Shown here: positions 9,647 through 19,456 of the stretch, in pieces
How positions within the stretch are numbered: position 1 is the first letter of the stretch
Layout: the number at the start of each line of letters is the position of its first letter
Source: Planctomycetota bacterium
GTDB taxonomy: Bacteria; Planctomycetota; UBA8108; UBA1146; JAJFFE01
Length of the DNA stretch: 64,000 nucleotides
Direction: 5' to 3'
NCBI GenBank assembly: GCA_046154185.1
Contig: JBJXGE010000070.1
Location: forward strand, 129,935-193,934
The notes under the pieces: generated by a model
The model's input: the letters and a program-made list of their open reading frames with translations, nothing else
Told to the model about the DNA's origin: nothing
Database searches by the model: none
Program-made: the position numbers and the translations under genes

Positions 9647-11731
9647 TCACGGGCACGGCGAGTAACTCGCGCAATCGAGCGCGTCGTCCGTCAGGTCGGG
9701 GCCGCAGGTCGATGGCCCCGGGAACGGAATCACGGCGCCGAGGAACAGCCCGGACAACATGTGAATCGGGTCGCCGATGTTGAAGTTGCCGTCGTCGTTG
9801 GCGTCGACGGCATCGAGACACGTGGCGAGCGGCCCCCCGCTGAAGAGTGAACTCAACGCGTAAATCACGTCGCCGATGTTGAAGCCACCGTCGGCATTCG
9901 CGTCGCCACGCTGGAAGAACGGCTCGGAGCCGGGACCGAAGAACCCGCTGAGGTACGCGGCGGCGAGCGCGTTTTTATCGCCGCCGTAGCCGCCGAATTC
10001 CCACGATTGACACAGGACAGGCGCACTCGGAATGTCAAGGAACACGCCGGTCGTGTAGCTCCCAAGGCCGCCGTTCAACCACACCGATCCGGCGGGCTGC
10101 AGCGGATCCGGTAGCAAACGATCGGTGTAATCGTTGCCGAACTGGTCTTGCGAGTAAGACGCGGCATAGCCGAGCAAATGCAGGGGACCGTGGTTCGCGC
10201 CGATCATGGCGACGAACGAATCGTCGCCGTCGCCGACGCCGAAGTCCGCGACGCCATCGACCGCGGCAAATGGCGTGGCCGGGTCGAAGCCCCAGATGTC
10301 GGCGCCTTCGCAGTAAATCGGGGTTCCCGCATCGGCCAACGCCGCGAGGAGAGCGCCGTCGCCGAACGACAGAACGTAATTATCAGGATAAGTACCAGCG
10401 CACACGAACACCGCGCGCGGCTGCGACGCGAACACCGACGGATCGAGGCGACTGACGACGGCGACGGGCTCTGCCAGATTCGCGAAGGCGCCGGCGAGCG
10501 TCGCCGCGCTTGCAATCAAACCATCGCCGCTCTCCAAATCGCACACGACCAACGCATCGGCGACCGCCACGCGGCAGCGCGCTTCATCGAGTTTGCCCGC
10601 GGGGGTGTGCGACTCGACCGTGAACTCGTGCACGCCACTCAGCGGCGGTGACACATAACTGGTTTCTAATCCCGGCATCACGGCGACCAGCTCGCCGTCG
10701 ATTCGCACTTGAATCAGCGCGAGCATCTGGCCGGGACCAAGCGCCCAGTTGAGCTGCACGACGCCCGTCGTCGGATCGATCGGCGTCACCGCGCAACTCA
10801 AGTTGCGAATCGGTCGCGGCGCCGGAAAGGCCGAGTTGCGCAACTCGACGCGACCGAGCCAGCCGAGTTCCGGCGAATCGTTCTGGAACATCAAAGTCCA
10901 GTTGCCGCCGACCGGCAGGCCCGTGAGTTCGAAGAGCGAGCCCGGGCCGCTCGGCTGCAAATCCCGGCCGCTACGCATGAAAGGCGGTGAGTTCGGCTCG
11001 CCGATCGCCGAGTAGCTCGACCAAAGTTGATTCTCGCCGGATGCGCCGCCGTGATCGTGAAGTCGAGTCGTGTCGCCGTTGGGCGCAATCAAGTCGATCG
11101 CCAAGCCGCTGAGACTGAGTTGCACCAACTCGATCTCCACTTGCAGGTCGGACACCGGCGCGGTGCTGGGCAGGAACACGTTGACGGCCGTGAGCCCAGG
11201 CGGGAGTAACGAAATCGTACTGAGCATCCCGCTCACGTCGTGGGGCGCGACGGCGCAAAGTAGGATCTTGCAGTTCTGTGACGTACCGCTCGTTTGCTTC
11301 GTGTGATCGGTTCCCACGAGCTTGTAGATGATGTACTCGCCATTTCCGAGTTTGCCCTTCTTGTCGCCGACGGCGGCGATGCAAATCTTGAACGTGACGT
11401 TCCCTTCGCTGTTATCCGCGCGCGAGAAGCAGAGGAACTTCTTCGTGCCGACAGTGGCGATGGACTTGGTCCAGCCGTCGGGAATTCCGCCGGCGCCGTT
11501 GCCGGTCACGTTCGCATCCGGGATGTTCTCGTCGATTTCGACGTAGACTCGGCTGATCGGATTATTCGAATCGACGCCGGTGACCTCGACGTCGAAGTAA
11601 GTCGAGTCGGCGGGCGCGCCGGCGGGCCGCGTCCCCGCTTTGATCTTCGGCGCCTTGTAGGCGAACACCTGCAGCGGAATCAAGAGCGCGAACACGAGCG
11701 CCGCGCGTCCGAGGCGAGATTGACAAAACAT
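9647..11731 (-). CDS. Secreted protein with proprotein-convertase P-domain-like region and C-terminal Cys-rich dockerin-like module
   Basis: Start at ATG 11731, preceded by AAAGGAG with a 5-nt spacer. Signal peptide MFCQSRLGRAALVFALLIPLQVFA. P-domain-like segment IDLIAPNGDTTRLHDHGG...NWTLMFQNDSPELGWLGRVELR. The last 90 aa are FQRGDANADGGFNIGD...DANDDGNFNIGD...PFPGPSTCGPD...CP. Confidence 0.7.
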   Translation of the reverse strand: MFCQSRLGRAALVFALLIPLQVFAYKAPKIKAGTRPAGAPADSTYFDVEVTGVDSNNPISRVYVEIDENIPDANVTGNGAGGIPDGWTKSIATVGTKKFLCFSRADNSEGNVTFKICIAAVGDKKGKLGNGEYIIYKLVGTDHTKQTSGTSQNCKILLCAVAPHDVSGMLSTISLLPPGLTAVNVFLPSTAPVSDLQVEIELVQLSLSGLAIDLIAPNGDTTRLHDHGGASGENQLWSSYSAIGEPNSPPFMRSGRDLQPSGPGSLFELTGLPVGGNWTLMFQNDSPELGWLGRVELRNSAFPAPRPIRNLSCAVTPIDPTTGVVQLNWALGPGQMLALIQVRIDGELVAVMPGLETSYVSPPLSGVHEFTVESHTPAGKLDEARCRVAVADALVVCDLESGDGLIASAATLAGAFANLAEPVAVVSRLDPSVFASQPRAVFVCAGTYPDNYVLSFGDGALLAALADAGTPIYCEGADIWGFDPATPFAAVDGVADFGVGDGDDSFVAMIGANHGPLHLLGYAASYSQDQFGNDYTDRLLPDPLQPAGSVWLNGGLGSYTTGVFLDIPSAPVLCQSWEFGGYGGDKNALAAAYLSGFFGPGSEPFFQRGDANADGGFNIGDVIYALSSLFSGGPLATCLDAVDANDDGNFNIGDPIHMLSGLFLGAVIPFPGPSTCGPDLTDDALDCASYSPCP

Positions 11732-12028
11732 GACCGCTCCTTTCGAGTGAGCACGCATGAGAGTCCGTGTATCCACAACTAAAGCGGTATTGCGCGATGT
11801 GGGCGAAAACGGACAACTCAGTCGGGCGCGAACAAGCTCGTCAGTGGGGCTTGGAGGTCCGACGCGGTCGAACTATGCGCCAACGCGGGCCGTCGCGACT
11901 CTCGCGAGCAACAACTGCGCGAAGCGCGACCTCGTGTCCGCGGTGTTAACCGCGTACATCCCGCCGAGAGTATCGAAGGGAGCGGCGCGACGGTGGCTGT
12001 TTCGAGTCGCCGGCACGAGCGCGTCCGG

Positions 12029-12325
12029 CTACGAACGGTAGATCTGCAGGACATAGATCAGCCAAGAGGCGCCGATCCCAAATACCGAGCAAGCAACTTC
12101 GATCCCGCTCGTGTAGTAGCTGAATACGGTGCCGCCGATGATCGCCGATATACCCAGACTCAGCAGCGTGAAGAAGAAGACGTCGGTGCTGCCTCGGACC
12201 GCAACGATTCGCTGGCACGCGTGACAATTCGTGAGGCCGCCCTTCAACGTGCGCGGGATTTCGATCGACTGGCCACAGTGCTCGCAGTCGATGCGCATCG
12301 AAGGAGTCAAACCGGGCTCGTCCAT
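12029..12325 (-). CDS. Small zinc-ribbon membrane protein
   Basis: Internal Met start MDEPGL. Cys pairs CEHCGQ...CHACQ, then a C-terminal hydrophobic TM helix. Confidence 0.4.
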   Translation of the reverse strand: MDEPGLTPSMRIDCEHCGQSIEIPRTLKGGLTNCHACQRIVAVRGSTDVFFFTLLSLGISAIIGGTVFSYYTSGIEVACSVFGIGASWLIYVLQIYRS

Positions 12326-12368
12326 GCGTATCTTCTCCACACCAGAAGCGCCGGCTCCGCCGAGCCGC

Positions 12369-12959
12369 TCAGCGCTGGCGTCCCTCGATCGCCGCCAACA
12401 GGATGCCCGCAGCCAAGGCGAAATTGGGATCGATGACTTGCTCGGCGTCTGGCGCTGCGCGCACGACCATTTTGAAGACGAACGGGTTGAAGAACTGCCG
12501 ATACGTGACCAATACCTTGTCACCAGCTTTGGCGTGAAAAGTCTGCGGAATGAGGTTCGAGAGAAATCGGCGCAGCGTCGCCTTTGTCATGCTGTCTTCT
12601 TCGAGCTTGGCGATGGGGCGGTCATGCGCGTCGAGAAACTCCCAGGAGTCGCGCAGAAGCGAGCGGAAACCCTTGCGTCGCAGCGCACCGAGCTTCTTGC
12701 TCGATCGGGAATCGACGACGTCGTAGGCGGCGGAAAAATCGACGATTTGTCGCGCTTTGATGAGCAATCGCTCCTCACGCATCGTGTCATCGGAATAAAT
12801 CCGGATGTCCTCCTTCAGCTTGAACACCTTCTGTCTGCAATACAGCACGACGATTCCGCTCGAATCATAGATGTGAAAAACCGGCCCCAGAAAATTGAAG
12901 ACCTTGCGGCGAATCAAGTGCTCGGACTGCAAATTCAGCGCCGGCGCGTTCGTCGCCAT
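12369..12959 (-). CDS. LURP-one-related / tubby C-terminal-like (DUF567-like) protein
   Basis: About 196 aa from the internal start MATNAPALN. The VFNFLGPVFHIYDSSGIVVLYCRQKVFKLKEDIRIY pattern is typical of this family. Identified by eye only. Confidence 0.4.
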   Translation of the reverse strand: MATNAPALNLQSEHLIRRKVFNFLGPVFHIYDSSGIVVLYCRQKVFKLKEDIRIYSDDTMREERLLIKARQIVDFSAAYDVVDSRSSKKLGALRRKGFRSLLRDSWEFLDAHDRPIAKLEEDSMTKATLRRFLSNLIPQTFHAKAGDKVLVTYRQFFNPFVFKMVVRAAPDAEQVIDPNFALAAGILLAAIEGRQR

Positions 12960-13376
12960 CGATTCGCTCCCTTCGTGCGGCACCATTCCGGCAGCAATCG
13001 CTGAATAGTATAGAAAACTTCCTGCCGCGCACAACGAACGGGAAGTCGGAGCTGACCACGATTTGAGCGCCTTTGCCACGTCACCCTCCACTAGACTCTT
13101 GCCGACTAGGAAAGTGAGTTCAGCAACGGCGAGGTCGACCGACGCTTCGGCTTTTTCAAACCAGGGCCGCCGGTGCTGGCGCCTTCGCTCTGGTGCTTGA
13201 CGCTACTTTCCGCGTCGTCCAGACTCCGATGCGTGCAAAGCGATTCGTGTAACCGCCAAAAAGTGCGCGCTCGCATCGCGGCATTGCGACGCACCGTCGC
13301 CGAGGCAGACGCCGCGGCAGCGGCGCTCTCAACTTCACGGTGCGGCGAATGACGAAAGCGCGAACCGAGTCGTCTG

Positions 13377-14597
13377 ATGCTGATTCAAACCGCACTCATC
13401 GGTTTCGTTTTGCTCTTCGGCCTATGTTTCATCGTGTTCGGTTTTTCGCAATTGCTCCTCGGCATCCGGACGATCGTTCACGACATTCGAGTGTGGGTCG
13501 ACTATTGGCAGAGTGCCGGCTGGGAGACGACGCGTGGCACCATCACGCGTTCCGTCTTGACGCGAAACTACTACAGCAGACGCATCAAGACGATCAAACC
13601 GGCCATCGCGTTTTCGTATTCCGTCGACGGCCAAACGTATACTTCGACCCAGTACATGTTTCGTGCGTGGTGGCACGAAGGGGCGCAGCCGAGAACCCAG
13701 CCGCCGCTTGGTGCGGACGTCACGGTCTACTACAACCCGCGGAATCCGCGGTCCGCGACGCTCGATCGCGGACGCCCGGCAGTTTCCCCGGCGCTGTGCT
13801 TCCAGATGCTCATGCTTGCGTATGGCCCACTGTTCATCTGGCTCGGCGCGTATGTTGCGATCGGGCCGCTCAACGACCCGCCGTCGTTCGCGGCGGATGA
13901 GCTGCCGTCCATCGCGCAGCAATCCGGAGGAGCGCTCGTCGGTCTCGGCAGCGTTTCGTTACTGGTGGCGTGGTGCCGGCGACGTCACGCAGAGCGCCGC
14001 TGCGAACTACTGCGACGACTCGAATCGGCAACGCCCGTGCGCGCTGCGGATGCTGTGCGGAATCGCGCAATCGCCATCTTTGGCCGCGCCGAATCGAGCG
14101 AGGCAGGACCCATTGTGTCGCCCCTGACGGGCGAACCCGTTTTCTACTACCGAGCGCGCATCGACTGGGGTCGTGAACCCGTGGAGAGAGTCGGACATCA
14201 CAAATTTTGCGTTCGCGACGAAACCGGACGGGTTCAAGTCGACACGCAATTCGGCACGGACCGCCTTGCAACGAATCGCCCGAAAATCGATGCGAAGATG
14301 CAGAAATGGATCGATTGCGTGTTCGCTGACCTAATGTGGAAACCCGACCCATGTCGGGTATCGGAAGCGCACATCGCTCCCGGCGACTCGGTCTTGGTGG
14401 TCGGTGAACTCCGGCGAGTTCGCCGCGGGGAGTTTGCTCTCTGCGCAGTTCCGGACGATTCGCTATCGCTGATCTTCGCCGCGGCGCCGCTCCCCGAAAT
14501 GCTTCGGCGATTGAATGGCAGCGCGACGCGACGCCGAGCTTTGATTCGATGCGCCGCGGCGGCGCTGCTCGTCGGTATCGCGCTCCTTGTCGCGTGA
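13377..14597 (+). CDS. DUF3592-like membrane protein
   Basis: N-terminal TM helix followed by RGTITRSVLTRNYYSRRIKTIKPAIAFSYSVDGQTYTS...VTVYYNPRNP (DUF3592 signature), a second TM and a C-terminal TM. Confidence 0.55.
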   Translation: MLIQTALIGFVLLFGLCFIVFGFSQLLLGIRTIVHDIRVWVDYWQSAGWETTRGTITRSVLTRNYYSRRIKTIKPAIAFSYSVDGQTYTSTQYMFRAWWHEGAQPRTQPPLGADVTVYYNPRNPRSATLDRGRPAVSPALCFQMLMLAYGPLFIWLGAYVAIGPLNDPPSFAADELPSIAQQSGGALVGLGSVSLLVAWCRRRHAERRCELLRRLESATPVRAADAVRNRAIAIFGRAESSEAGPIVSPLTGEPVFYYRARIDWGREPVERVGHHKFCVRDETGRVQVDTQFGTDRLATNRPKIDAKMQKWIDCVFADLMWKPDPCRVSEAHIAPGDSVLVVGELRRVRRGEFALCAVPDDSLSLIFAAAPLPEMLRRLNGSATRRRALIRCAAAALLVGIALLVA

Positions 14598-14713
14598 TTC
14601 GCGCTCGCGCTGAACAAGCTGCGAGCTGAGCTTCGCGGCGAATTCGCGCTTCTATCTTGGCCGACGTTTCTTCGATCCCCGAATTGTCGCGCGTGATCGA
14701 GACGAGGAGATGA

Positions 14714-14938
14714 CTAGCGCAAGTTCGCGAGCACGGCGCGCACCGTTGCGCTCCAACCGTGCGGATCGGCGGCGCGCTCCAATTCGCGGCTCACGAGTTG
14801 ACGACGGAAGAGTTCATCGGCGTCAGCGGTCGACAGATCCCACCACTCGGAAGGCGGGATCAAGCGACCCTCGCGATCGCGTTCGCGAAAGGCAGAGACG
14901 CTGGCCTCGATCAGTGCGTCGCGCTCGCGCTGGTTCAC
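14714..14938 (-). CDS. Putative small protein translationally coupled to the ECF sigma factor (candidate anti-sigma factor)
   Basis: A GTG start at 14938 overlaps the TGA stop of the sigma factor gene (GTGA). The 74-aa product has no recognisable domain. Confidence 0.3.
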   Translation of the reverse strand: MNQRERDALIEASVSAFRERDREGRLIPPSEWWDLSTADADELFRRQLVSRELERAADPHGWSATVRAVLANLR

Positions 14939-15501
14939 GAGTAATTCTCCTCGAGCCGAATTCCGCGTCGCTCCAAGCACTTCGCCACCTGGCCCCGAGC
15001 ACGGACGACGTTCTGTAGAAACGTGTTCTTCGTCATCGCGAGCGACTCCGCAAGCAGCCGGTCTGCCCTCCGGCCGCCACCGCGAAGCCGAGCATGGAGT
15101 GCTTGGCGCGGCTTTCCTACGAGACGACCCAAACACTCAGCGATCGCTCGCCGAAGGTCGGGATCGCGATCGGGCACGGGATCGAACGGAGTCTCAGGAA
15201 GATCGTCCGGCGGAAGCAGATGCTCCCGCCGGTAACGCCGCGCCTCGGCGCGCGCGAGATTGCGCGCGACTCCGAGCGCGAACTTGAGCGACGCGTCTGC
15301 CCCGCTGAGCGTTCGTTCCGGGTCCCGTGCCAGCACCCACATGCGAAGAAAAGTCTCTTGCAGTACGGCTTCGACGTCCACTGCCCTGGCGTATCGACGG
15401 AGGCTCAGTCGGACGGCGAGCTCCACGCTCGCCATCCACTCGCCAAAGACTTCCGAACCACCGGCTCGCGCAGTGGCGAAGAGAACGTCGGCTCCGCTCA
15501 C
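14935..15501 (-). CDS. RNA polymerase ECF (sigma-70 family, group 4) sigma factor
   Basis: Region 2 (ETFLRMWVLARD) and region 4 helix-turn-helix (LHARLRGGGRRADRLLAESLAMTKNTFLQNVVRARGQVAKCL) are both present. Confidence 0.8.
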   Translation of the reverse strand: MSGADVLFATARAGGSEVFGEWMASVELAVRLSLRRYARAVDVEAVLQETFLRMWVLARDPERTLSGADASLKFALGVARNLARAEARRYRREHLLPPDDLPETPFDPVPDRDPDLRRAIAECLGRLVGKPRQALHARLRGGGRRADRLLAESLAMTKNTFLQNVVRARGQVAKCLERRGIRLEENYS

Positions 15502-15505
15502 TTCG

Positions 15506-17926
15506 TTACCTAGCTCCGATCAAAGGCGTTTTGAACTGAACGCGATAACCGATCCCGTTCGCGGAACTCAGCGGATCCGGCCGCTTCGCCGTCCACTCGA
15601 CGCGGAATGAAATCGACGAAGCCCAGAAAGCATCGTCTGCGACTCGCAGCGCCATTCGAACGATGAGCCCCTGCCGATGCGGGCCGACCCGAGAGGACTC
15701 TGACCTGTTTACCTCGGCATTACCCGAGTCTCCCAGTGCACCGATCAACCGAACGACACCATCCGGCAGCAAGAAGCCGTCGTGCGGCACCGTGAACTCG
15801 ATGATCACAGTGTCGTTGGCGAAGCGGACGGCGTTCGACGCGAAGATTTCCAACACCGGCAACTGGGGTGTGCCGCGGACTCGAATCCCTCCCGCGCTGC
15901 CGGTCGGCGGCGGTGAGGCCGGAGTCGCGCCTCCGAAAGCGGACCCCGCACTGCCATACCTTCTTGGCGCAGAGCCTCTAAACCGCGCAGCACCAAGCAA
16001 ACTGTGCAAGACGCCCACCCCCGCACCAGCAGGCGAGACGCCGTACGGCATCTCTACCGCGATACGCTCGCGACGTCGCGGCGCACGCGGATCCACCGCC
16101 GCTTCCTCTGCAATCGCTATCAAGCTCGTGCGCCGACTCACGACGCGATGCCGGAGTCCGAGCGCTTCGACAGCTTGATCCAGTCCGAGATCGGGTCCAC
16201 CCTCCGGCGCCAAACCGTCAGCGAGCGGGCGATGCGCGCTACGTTCGGGCTTCACGACGCCCGCTTCGAGATCCGCGATTCGCTCGCGCCCGTAGTACGC
16301 ACCGAGCGGGAGCGCGGTCGCGCCTGCGAACGCAGAATCGATGTTCACGCGCCAAGCCCATGTGCCTTTCTTCCCCGCGAGCTGACCCGTGACGTCCAGC
16401 GTGCCTCCAGCGGGACGAAGCTCGACTGCCATCACGAGTGGTTTCTCGGCGAAGACATCTCTCGGCAGCGCCGGTGCGCTCGCCACCACCGCCGAGCCGC
16501 CGATCATCAGTTCGGTCAACACGGGCCGCACGGTCGCGGCGCAGAGTCGCCGCGAGACTCTCGCCGCCGTGCGCTCATCGTTCGCAAAGAACTCGTGGCC
16601 GCGCCCGGCCCGCGCGACCCCGCTCGTCAGCGATCGATTGGGTGCTGCGCCGATTCCGACGGCATGAACGCGCACGCCGGCCGGGAGCTCAGCGGCGAGT
16701 TTGTGGACGATCTCTCTTTCAAAACCGATATAGCCGTCGGTCACCAACACGATCTGACGCTGCGTCTCCGGACGAAGCGAGACCATGGCCTCGGTAACCG
16801 CCGCCATCATCTCCGTGGCGCCGCCCGCTCGCAACGCGGCGAGTTTGGCGAGGCACTTCCTCACGGCGCGGGGTGTCGCATTCGAGAGTCGCGCGGACAA
16901 CGGCTCGACCGTGCTCGCGAACGCGAAAACCTCGAATCGATCGCCTGCGGCGAGACTCGCGAGTAAGTCTGCGACGACGCGCTTCGCCGCTTCGAGCGGC
17001 GGCCCACTCATCGAGCCGCTCGCGTCGATCAGCACGGTGACGTCGCGGTGGTAAACCACGGCCGGATCGGCCGCGGGCGTCACCGTGACGAGCGCGTAGC
17101 GACCGTCGTCGCCTGTTAGTCCGCGACCTTCGACGATTCGAACGCCAACATCGCGCGCGACGGCGGACCATTGGATGATGAGATCGCGATCGAGTCGCGC
17201 GTGTTCAGCGAGATGGACGTGCGTGACGTTGGCGCCGGCCACACACTTGATCTCGTGGCTCGGCGATGTGATGGCGGCTGTCGAGCCTGTCGCATCCGCG
17301 ATCTCGTCCGCTATCTCCACATCTAGCGCGACGCGAGTGGGAATTCCGCCGTCGTCCCCACGATCTACGTCGAGCTTCGCCGCGTCCGTTACGTGTCCCG
17401 GTTCCCCCTCGTAGCGAACGCCGACGACTGTCGGGAAACGATATTCCCAGATCGGCGCGCTCGCCTCGCCGCCGAGCAGGAACGCGAGAGCGTGCAGCAC
17501 CTCGATCTCGATCCGCGCGTTCGTGTGGGCGGGAAGATTGCCGAGCCGCTGCTCGAACGTGTCGGCGCGGTTCTGCTCGAGGAGCCCTGCCGTGCGCCCT
17601 TCGAAGAGCGCCTTTTTGTAATCGGCCTCCGCGATATCGCGCTTCTCGATCTCGCCGCGAATCACGCGCTCGCCCATGCGAATCTGGTAGCCGAGGACGG
17701 CGCCGTCAGCGGGAAGCGGCACCGTGTAGATGACTTCGAGCGGCTCGTCATGAGGATTCTCAAATTCCTGGATCAACGTCGTCAGCGCGAGCCCGCCCTC
17801 GGCGCGCGCGTGCACCTGTGCGGAGCGAAGCGGGTACACCCGCCCATCCACGGCAACGAGCGCCGGCGACGCCGGCGTTTTTGGTTGAGGCTCAACGATT
17901 TGCGGACACATAGGACTCTCCTTCAA
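15506..17926 (-). CDS. VIT (vault inter-alpha-trypsin) + von Willebrand factor type A domain protein
   Basis: N-terminal VIT region. The vWA MIDAS motif is DVTVLIDASGSMSG. 806 aa, ending 4 nt upstream of the sigma factor gene start. Confidence 0.8.
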   Translation of the reverse strand: MKESPMCPQIVEPQPKTPASPALVAVDGRVYPLRSAQVHARAEGGLALTTLIQEFENPHDEPLEVIYTVPLPADGAVLGYQIRMGERVIRGEIEKRDIAEADYKKALFEGRTAGLLEQNRADTFEQRLGNLPAHTNARIEIEVLHALAFLLGGEASAPIWEYRFPTVVGVRYEGEPGHVTDAAKLDVDRGDDGGIPTRVALDVEIADEIADATGSTAAITSPSHEIKCVAGANVTHVHLAEHARLDRDLIIQWSAVARDVGVRIVEGRGLTGDDGRYALVTVTPAADPAVVYHRDVTVLIDASGSMSGPPLEAAKRVVADLLASLAAGDRFEVFAFASTVEPLSARLSNATPRAVRKCLAKLAALRAGGATEMMAAVTEAMVSLRPETQRQIVLVTDGYIGFEREIVHKLAAELPAGVRVHAVGIGAAPNRSLTSGVARAGRGHEFFANDERTAARVSRRLCAATVRPVLTELMIGGSAVVASAPALPRDVFAEKPLVMAVELRPAGGTLDVTGQLAGKKGTWAWRVNIDSAFAGATALPLGAYYGRERIADLEAGVVKPERSAHRPLADGLAPEGGPDLGLDQAVEALGLRHRVVSRRTSLIAIAEEAAVDPRAPRRRERIAVEMPYGVSPAGAGVGVLHSLLGAARFRGSAPRRYGSAGSAFGGATPASPPPTGSAGGIRVRGTPQLPVLEIFASNAVRFANDTVIIEFTVPHDGFLLPDGVVRLIGALGDSGNAEVNRSESSRVGPHRQGLIVRMALRVADDAFWASSISFRVEWTAKRPDPLSSANGIGYRVQFKTPLIGAR

Positions 17927-18229
17927 GGGTCGCTCGACGCGCGCCCAGACATCCGAAATGGTAGCCAGGCGGCGCAGCGCTCCATCTCCCTATGTCGCAG
18001 AGGTCGATTTGGTGACAAGAATTTTTTGGCACGAACGCCGGGCGCGGCTATCGAAACGAACGGAGAGTGCAGCGGTGAAGGCCGATTGACTTCGAGTTCG
18101 GCCGGCGGTGAAGGCCGATCGCCTTCGTTTTCGGATTCCTTGTGACATGCGGCTGCTCGCACGAGGCACGTTTCCCTAGGCGAGCCATCCGCCTGAAGAC
18201 TTGGGGATCGAAAACAGGAAGGAGCTTCG

Positions 18230-18988
18230 ATGTTTCCGTGGAAGTTTGTGATTGCCGCCTTGCTGCTTGTGGGATCGTTGAGTTCAAATTCGCACGCCCA
18301 GTACCAGCTCGTGATCAGCGATGTGACCGCGGCGCCGGGAGATACCATCGCGGTGACCATCACGCTCATCGGCGCCGCGGGGGTGCAGGGTCTCTCGATG
18401 GGTGTCTGCCACGATCCGGTCGCGCTCGAGCTTATCGGCCTTGACCCGGGTCCGCTGTTTGATTCGATCTTCGACCCCGACCCGCTGAACTTCGTCGAAT
18501 ACTCGAATGGTTTCACGATCGCCTACGCGTCCATTATTGGTCCGGCGCTGCCAGCGGGGCCGATCTTGGTTGCTACCGTGAGTTACACGGTTCTAGCGCC
18601 GCTGACTTCCGACATTTGCGCGTGCCCGATTGGATCGCCGCCCGTCCAAACCTACGTGGTGGTCGGAGGCTCGTCTCTAGCTGTCACGACGAGTTGTGGG
18701 ACCGTGGCCGCAGGATCGACGATGTTCATGCGCGGCGACATTTCCGGTGACGACGCTTTCGATCTGGGGGACATCATCGCCATGTTGGCCGTGATTTTCC
18801 AAGGCGCGCCCGCACCGGGTTGCGCGGACGCCGCGGACACCAACGATGACGGCGTTTTCAACCTCGCGGATCCGATCTACGGAATCAACTACCTGTACGT
18901 CGGTGGACCACCGCCGCCCGGCGGAGTCGGATGCGCTTCGGACGGCAGCCTAGACCCGCTCGATTGCGATCTGAGCGGTTGTCTATAA
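18230..18988 (+). CDS. Secreted protein with cohesin-like N-terminal beta-sandwich and C-terminal Cys-rich dockerin-like module
   Basis: Signal peptide MFPWKFVIAALLLVGSLSSNSHA. YQLVISDVTAAPGDTIAVTITLIGAAGVQGLSMGVCHDPVALELIGLDPGP resembles the cohesin pattern. The C-terminal 88 aa are MFMRGDISGDDAFDLGD...DTNDDGVFNLADPIYGINYLY...C...CL. Confidence 0.65.
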   Translation: MFPWKFVIAALLLVGSLSSNSHAQYQLVISDVTAAPGDTIAVTITLIGAAGVQGLSMGVCHDPVALELIGLDPGPLFDSIFDPDPLNFVEYSNGFTIAYASIIGPALPAGPILVATVSYTVLAPLTSDICACPIGSPPVQTYVVVGGSSLAVTTSCGTVAAGSTMFMRGDISGDDAFDLGDIIAMLAVIFQGAPAPGCADAADTNDDGVFNLADPIYGINYLYVGGPPPPGGVGCASDGSLDPLDCDLSGCL

Positions 18989-19456
18989 CGGCGCAGCTGC
19001 GTTCGCACTGAAGTGCCGCAGAAGTGCTGCAGCTGGACGCAAGTCCTCATTGCGGCAGGGTCGGAAGTGGTTGCGGTTTCGTGGAGTCGATGCCCGCGTC
19101 GGCGTTCCACGATTTCGCGACCAGTTCCGGTTGCCGTAGGCCGGCAGCGCTCCCGGTATCGACAACTGTCTGTTAGCGCACTTACTCCGCATGAGCGGCC
19201 GACGGATCCTACTACCGGCACTTGCCTCGCAACGCACATTTCCCTGCTTTGAACTCACAGTTTCTCGATCCTCTCGGCTGCTCCGTCAACACTTCACCAT
19301 CGCCGACGCTTGACGCCGATAGGGGCTTTGTCGACACTGCTTACCGGTGTGAGTCTAGACTCGAATCAAGTGCGTTGCGCTAGATCCGGTTCTTGTGCAG
19401 CGGCAGACTGGGCGCGGTTCTTCGTCGCATACTTGAACGTTCTAGAAGGATGTCGC

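Noticed and set aside
16004-16966. 320-aa plus-strand ORF inside the VIT-vWA gene
   Set aside because: Antisense to a gene with clear VIT and vWA motifs. The translation is Arg-rich low complexity.
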